DNA from: Candidatus Hydrogenedentota bacterium
Lineage (GTDB): Bacteria; Hydrogenedentota; Hydrogenedentia; Hydrogenedentales; SLHB01
Direction of reading: 5' to 3'
Assembly: GCA_963674865.2 (NCBI GenBank)
Contig: CAXXYE010000002.1
Coordinates: 128,001 to 192,000 of the forward strand
DNA length: 64,000 nt
Part shown: piece by piece, positions 60,412 through 64,000 of the stretch
How the letters are laid out: each line of letters starts with the position of its first letter
How positions within the stretch are numbered: position 1 is the first letter of the stretch
Position numbers and translations under genes: made by a program
The notes under the pieces: model-generated
What the model saw: only the letters and a program-made list of their open reading frames with translations
The model's database searches: none
Told to the model about the DNA's origin: nothing

Positions 60412-60966
60412 ATGAAGAAATCGTTCAGGCAGATACTCGAGGGGAAACACCTGGAGGACCTCACGTCCGCGTGGGCGTCCACCGAGGCGAGCGAGGAGTT
60501 TGAGCCCCTGCCGCCGGGTGAGTATCTGGCGCGTATCGTTTCCGGGGGTTTGTTCGAGGCCCAGACCGGCACGCGCGGATACAAACTCACGTTCCGCATT
60601 CTCGAAGGGGAACATGAAGGCCGCCAGGTGTGGCACGACATCTGGCTGACGCCCCCGGCGATGGGCATGGCCAAACGGGACCTGGGCAAACTCGGCATCA
60701 CCGACCCGGCCCAGCTCAACGAGCCGCTCAAACCCGGTTTCCGCTGCAAGGTGAAGGTCGTGCTGCGGCGCGAGGATGACGGCACCGAGTACAACCGGGT
60801 TCGCCGGTTCGAGGTAGTCGGTATCGATGACGTAGCGGATGACCTGTTTCCCCCCAAGCCGATGACGGACGACCCGGACGAAACCGAGGCCAGTCACGCA
60901 CCGACCGAGCCGACCGAACCCTCGTTGCCGGGGGTTGTGTCCGAGGTGGCCCATGGTATCGCGTGA
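60412..60966 (+). CDS. DUF669-like phage-type ssDNA-binding protein
   Basis: FEPLPPGEYLARI, GYKLTFRILEGEHEGRQVW, EYNRV; acidic C-terminal tail. Confidence 0.8.
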   Translation: MKKSFRQILEGKHLEDLTSAWASTEASEEFEPLPPGEYLARIVSGGLFEAQTGTRGYKLTFRILEGEHEGRQVWHDIWLTPPAMGMAKRDLGKLGITDPAQLNEPLKPGFRCKVKVVLRREDDGTEYNRVRRFEVVGIDDVADDLFPPKPMTDDPDETEASHAPTEPTEPSLPGVVSEVAHGIA

Positions 60967-61945
60967 ATATCCCTACGGGTTCCGCATTTGCGGCCCCTGC
61001 AGCGGCGAGCGGCGTCTTACAGACGCCGCCGCCGTGTTTGCGGCATACAGCGCCTGTGACGAACGGTTGGACCTGGCCGCAGAGGCCTATCTATCGGCCT
61101 ACCAGTACCCGGGGGTGTTTGCCCAGCACCTCCGGGGCACAGGCAGTACCAAAGGGTATAGCGGCCCCTGCTGGGCCCCGTGGGTCTGGGTAGATATTGA
61201 TGTGCCCGGGGATCTGGCGGAGGCGACGGACCAGGCCCGTCGGTACTGCGCAACGACGGTCCAGAACGCGGACAGTCTCGGAGACGATGACGTGCTCGTG
61301 TTCTTCTCCGGGTCCAAGGGGTACCACATCGGGCTCCCCACGGTCCTACTGGACGCCAAGCCCGCGGCGGATTTCCACCAAACCGCCCGGGCCTTTTGCG
61401 AACACCTGGCCTCCGAGGCCGGCGTGTCCATCGACACGGCCATCTATGACCGGGTGCGGGCGTTCCGCGCCCCCAACTCCCGGCATCCCAAGACGGGCCT
61501 GTACAAGCGCCGACTACGGCTGGAGGAAGTCATGCACCTGGCGCCGGAGGGCGTGGTGGCCCTGGCCTCCAGTCCGGGGCCTTTCGAGGTGGGGCACCGT
61601 GAAGACGTGTCCTTCTACCTGGCGCGGTGCTGGGCGGATGCCCAGGATCAGGCACGGGTCAGGGAGAAGGAGCGCGCGACGTGGAGAACCTGTTCCGCTG
61701 GTGACGGAGGTCGTCTAAGCCAAGCGACACGGGGTTTCCTTCGGGACGGCGCGGAAACGGGCGAACGCGCCCGGCGGCTGTTTGCGGCCGCGGCGGAGCT
61801 GACCGAACGGGGCTGCCCGCCGGACCTCGTCCATAGTCTCCTCGAAGAGCCCGCCCTGGACAGCGGCCTGACCCCGAGTGAAGTCCGCCGCCAGGTGGCC
61901 TGTGGCTGCGAGCACGTCAAGGATGATGATCGTGCCCACGTATAG
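60953..61945 (+). CDS. Archaeo-eukaryotic primase (prim-pol)-like protein
   Basis: WVDID (DxD), FFSGSKGYH, ID..IYD..R.FRAPNSRH.KTG; C-terminal PriCT-like G.R..RLF.AA. Confidence 0.85.
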   Translation: MVSREYPYGFRICGPCSGERRLTDAAAVFAAYSACDERLDLAAEAYLSAYQYPGVFAQHLRGTGSTKGYSGPCWAPWVWVDIDVPGDLAEATDQARRYCATTVQNADSLGDDDVLVFFSGSKGYHIGLPTVLLDAKPAADFHQTARAFCEHLASEAGVSIDTAIYDRVRAFRAPNSRHPKTGLYKRRLRLEEVMHLAPEGVVALASSPGPFEVGHREDVSFYLARCWADAQDQARVREKERATWRTCSAGDGGRLSQATRGFLRDGAETGERARRLFAAAAELTERGCPPDLVHSLLEEPALDSGLTPSEVRRQVACGCEHVKDDDRAHV

Positions 61946-62765
61946 GGTGGCCGAAGACGTCCTGGACACGTTGCGGGAGAACCTCCTCTCCGGGAAGACG
62001 CCCGTCCGCTACCCCGTTGGGAAGGATGAGCTGGCACGGATCGAACTCGGTCCTGGCCTGGTCGTTCTGGTAGGTGGCGCGCCGGGTGCCGGTAAGACGG
62101 CCTTCACGATGCAATGCGTCACGGATGCGCTCCGGCTTACGCCGTCGTTGCGTGCCCTTGTCTGTAACGTGGAGATGTCCCCCGCGGTCTTGCTCGAACG
62201 GCAACTGGCGCGGTTGTCCGGTATTGACCTCACAACCATTCGCCGCCGGACCCTCGGCGAGGAGCATGCGGACCGCGTGGAGTTCGGGCTCAAGACCTTG
62301 GGGAGTGTTGCGGACCGGCTGGCCTTCCTGCGCCCTCCGTTCACGTTGGAGAATGTGGCGGACAGCGCGGACGCATGGCGCCCGGACCTGATTCTACTGG
62401 ACTACATCCAGCGGCTCGTACCGCCCGGCCAGCATGACAGCCGGCGCGGCTCCGTGGACGCGACGATGAATCATCTTCGCGAATTCGCTGACGCGGACAC
62501 GGCCATGCTGGTGGTATCTGCCGTGGGCAGGTCCCGGGACCAGTACGGCCGGAACACGTACAAGGGCGAGGGCCTGAACCTGGCCAGCTTTCGCGAGTCC
62601 AGCGAGTTGGAGTTCGGGGCGGATTCCGCGTGGATACTTGTCCCGGGTGAAGACCCTGAAGAGGCAGGCGTCACGCTGAAACACCTCAAGGACCGGTACG
62701 GTGAGATGCGGGACATACGGCTACAGTTCGACCGACGGCGCCAGGCCTTTTGCCCAGAGACTTAG
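61923..62765 (+). CDS. DnaB-like (SF4/RecA-fold) helicase
   Basis: GGAPGAGKT, NVEMS...L..R, LDYIQ, FRESSELEFGAD, LKDRYG. Confidence 0.88.
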   Translation: MMIVPTYRVAEDVLDTLRENLLSGKTPVRYPVGKDELARIELGPGLVVLVGGAPGAGKTAFTMQCVTDALRLTPSLRALVCNVEMSPAVLLERQLARLSGIDLTTIRRRTLGEEHADRVEFGLKTLGSVADRLAFLRPPFTLENVADSADAWRPDLILLDYIQRLVPPGQHDSRRGSVDATMNHLREFADADTAMLVVSAVGRSRDQYGRNTYKGEGLNLASFRESSELEFGADSAWILVPGEDPEEAGVTLKHLKDRYGEMRDIRLQFDRRRQAFCPET

Positions 62766-62789
62766 AAAGCAAGAACAAGGATGGCGTGA

Positions 62790-63158
62790 ATGAAGACTGA
62801 TAGGGTCCTGAAAGGGTGTGAAGTGCTTCCTCCCATGGAGGAGACCGAGACTGCAGCATCGCCGAAGAAGAGGTCCAGGAAGGGCCGACGCTTCCGCGTG
62901 CTGAACGATTTTGTGGACTACACCCTGGCACGGGTGCCGCGTACCGATGCCGCCGTGTGGCTGGTGCTCTACCGCGATGCACGGAATGGTCTGGCGCGGA
63001 CGGCCCAGGCGGACCTTGCCCGGCGCGCCGGTGTTTGCCGGCGGACCGTGGTGCGGTCGATCAAGCGGCTCAGGGACTCAGGATTGCTTGAGCTGGTTCG
63101 GCGCGGCGGACTGAACCGCGGGCCTTCAGTGTACCGGGTACGGGCCGTAGGGCCGTAG
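62790..63158 (+). CDS. Winged-HTH protein (replication-initiator-like)
   Basis: VWLVLYRD...AQADLARRAGVCRRTVVRSIKRLRDSGLLELVRRG....SVY. Confidence 0.8.
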   Translation: MKTDRVLKGCEVLPPMEETETAASPKKRSRKGRRFRVLNDFVDYTLARVPRTDAAVWLVLYRDARNGLARTAQADLARRAGVCRRTVVRSIKRLRDSGLLELVRRGGLNRGPSVYRVRAVGP

Positions 63159-63165
63159 GGCCGTA
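63142..63165. repeat. Tandem repeat (GGGCCGTA)x3 spanning the HTH stop codon
   Basis: Read directly from the sequence. Confidence 0.85.
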
Positions 63166-63354
63166 GGACCCGGCGGATTTCAGGTGAGGGGCGGCAGCAG
63201 GGAAGGTCCTAAATTGTCGCTGTACCCCCGAAAAGCGCCTCGAGAGTCGACGAACGGCCCGTCCGGAGGGTCATGGTAGCCCTAAAGGGAGAAAAGCGTT
63301 TCTTGGGTCCCGAAATGCAGGTTTTTGTGCATGGCAAAGCAAGCTACCTCAGCA

Positions 63355-63422
63355 GGTGCCACGTAATGGCACAGGCACGTGTGACAACCAGGGTCGTTTA
63401 ACGGTGCCATTAGATGGCACAG
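63355..63422. repeat. Two palindromes GGTGCCA-N5-TGGCACAG, 48 bp apart (ori/iteron-like)
   Basis: GTGCCACGTAATGGCAC (63356-72) and GTGCCATTAGATGGCAC (63404-20) in the non-coding gap before the integrase. Confidence 0.75.
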
Positions 63423-63657
63423 ATCCCATAAAGGGAATGGGTGCCGTGTGCATAACACGGGACACAGACACAAAGAATGGGGTATAGGATCACTTGAAAA
63501 AATGATGACGGAAAGCCGGGATAGGGTAATGGACATCTCAGACGTATTGATGAAGACGATACGACCCGAGCTGTCTTTTGGCGGGGTCATGGGGATATGA
63601 TGATGAGGCAACGGGGATAAGCGCTCTAAGCGTGAAGAATGCAGAGAGGTGGTAGCC

Positions 63658-64000
63658 GTGGGCACTGTGTTCAAGAAAACCTATACCAAGCCGCTGGCCG
63701 AGGGGACGGAAATCGTCACACGCAAAAACGGGCGGTTTGCGCAATGGCGAGACCGAAACGGGCGAAAACGATTGGCCAAGGTGACGACGGGCAGGGGCGG
63801 CACGCCGCGGATGCTCGTGGAATCCGGCGTTTATGTGGCAAAGTACCGGGACGGGAGCGGCCGCATTGTAACGGTGTCCACGGGATGCCGCGACAAGAGT
63901 GCCGCGCTGGCCGTGCTCTCCGACCTCGAGGCGCGCGCCGAGAAGGTCAGGGCGGGGGTCGTAACGCCGGCTGAGGATGCAGTGCGGGACCATCAAGAAA
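63658..64000 (+). CDS. Probable tyrosine recombinase/integrase, N-terminal part (runs off the window)
   Basis: GTG after GAGGTGG; MGTVFKKTYTKPL...YVAKYRDGSGRIVTVSTGCRDKSAALAVLSDLEARAEKVRAG resembles integrase N-terminal arm domains; catalytic domain not visible. Confidence 0.7.
   Translation, partial: MGTVFKKTYTKPLAEGTEIVTRKNGRFAQWRDRNGRKRLAKVTTGRGGTPRMLVESGVYVAKYRDGSGRIVTVSTGCRDKSAALAVLSDLEARAEKVRAGVVTPAEDAVRDHQE

Larger units (their letters stand above)
7816..64000. mobile_element. Putative tRNA-Pro-targeted integrative element or genomic island (right end outside the window)
   Basis: att-like tRNA 3' fragment on the left; replication and integration module on the right; defence cargo and many relics in between. 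Confidence 0.55.

Noticed and set aside
59383..60954. 523-aa minus-strand ORF
   Set aside because: Antisense shadow of the AlpA, Cys-repeat and DUF669 genes, with no recognisable motifs.

Overview
A GC-rich bacterial window; lipoprotein signals of the 'ALTGCP' type and the integrase type hint at Hydrogenedentota or Planctomycetota (weak inference). The left ~7.8 kb looks like host chromosome: a frameshifted secreted protein, a PadR-regulated membrane-protein gene split by an intact IS200-type element, and a large secreted protein. At 7816-7865 lies only the 3' half of a tRNA-Pro(TGG) with flanking direct repeats, which looks like the att boundary of an integrative element. The element's probable core sits at the right end: regulator, AlpA, double Cys-motif protein, DUF669-like, AEP primase, DnaB-like helicase, HTH, palindromic ori-like region and the N-terminus of a probable tyrosine integrase. 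Between these are a ~2700-aa lipoprotein with 26 PKD-like repeats and a malectin domain inserted inside one repeat, a c-di-GMP signalling pair, glycosidases, a photo-oxidative-stress gene set and many gene or IS relics. There is also a complete type 1 BREX operon (brxA-B-C-pglX-pglZ-brxL) carrying two extra genes between pglX and pglZ (HEPN-like fusion and ArdC-like metalloprotease). A divergent GIY-YIG plus ADP-ribosylglycohydrolase pair lies upstream of it, and twin palindromes bracket its promoter. All family calls come from motif recognition by eye; no database search was run.
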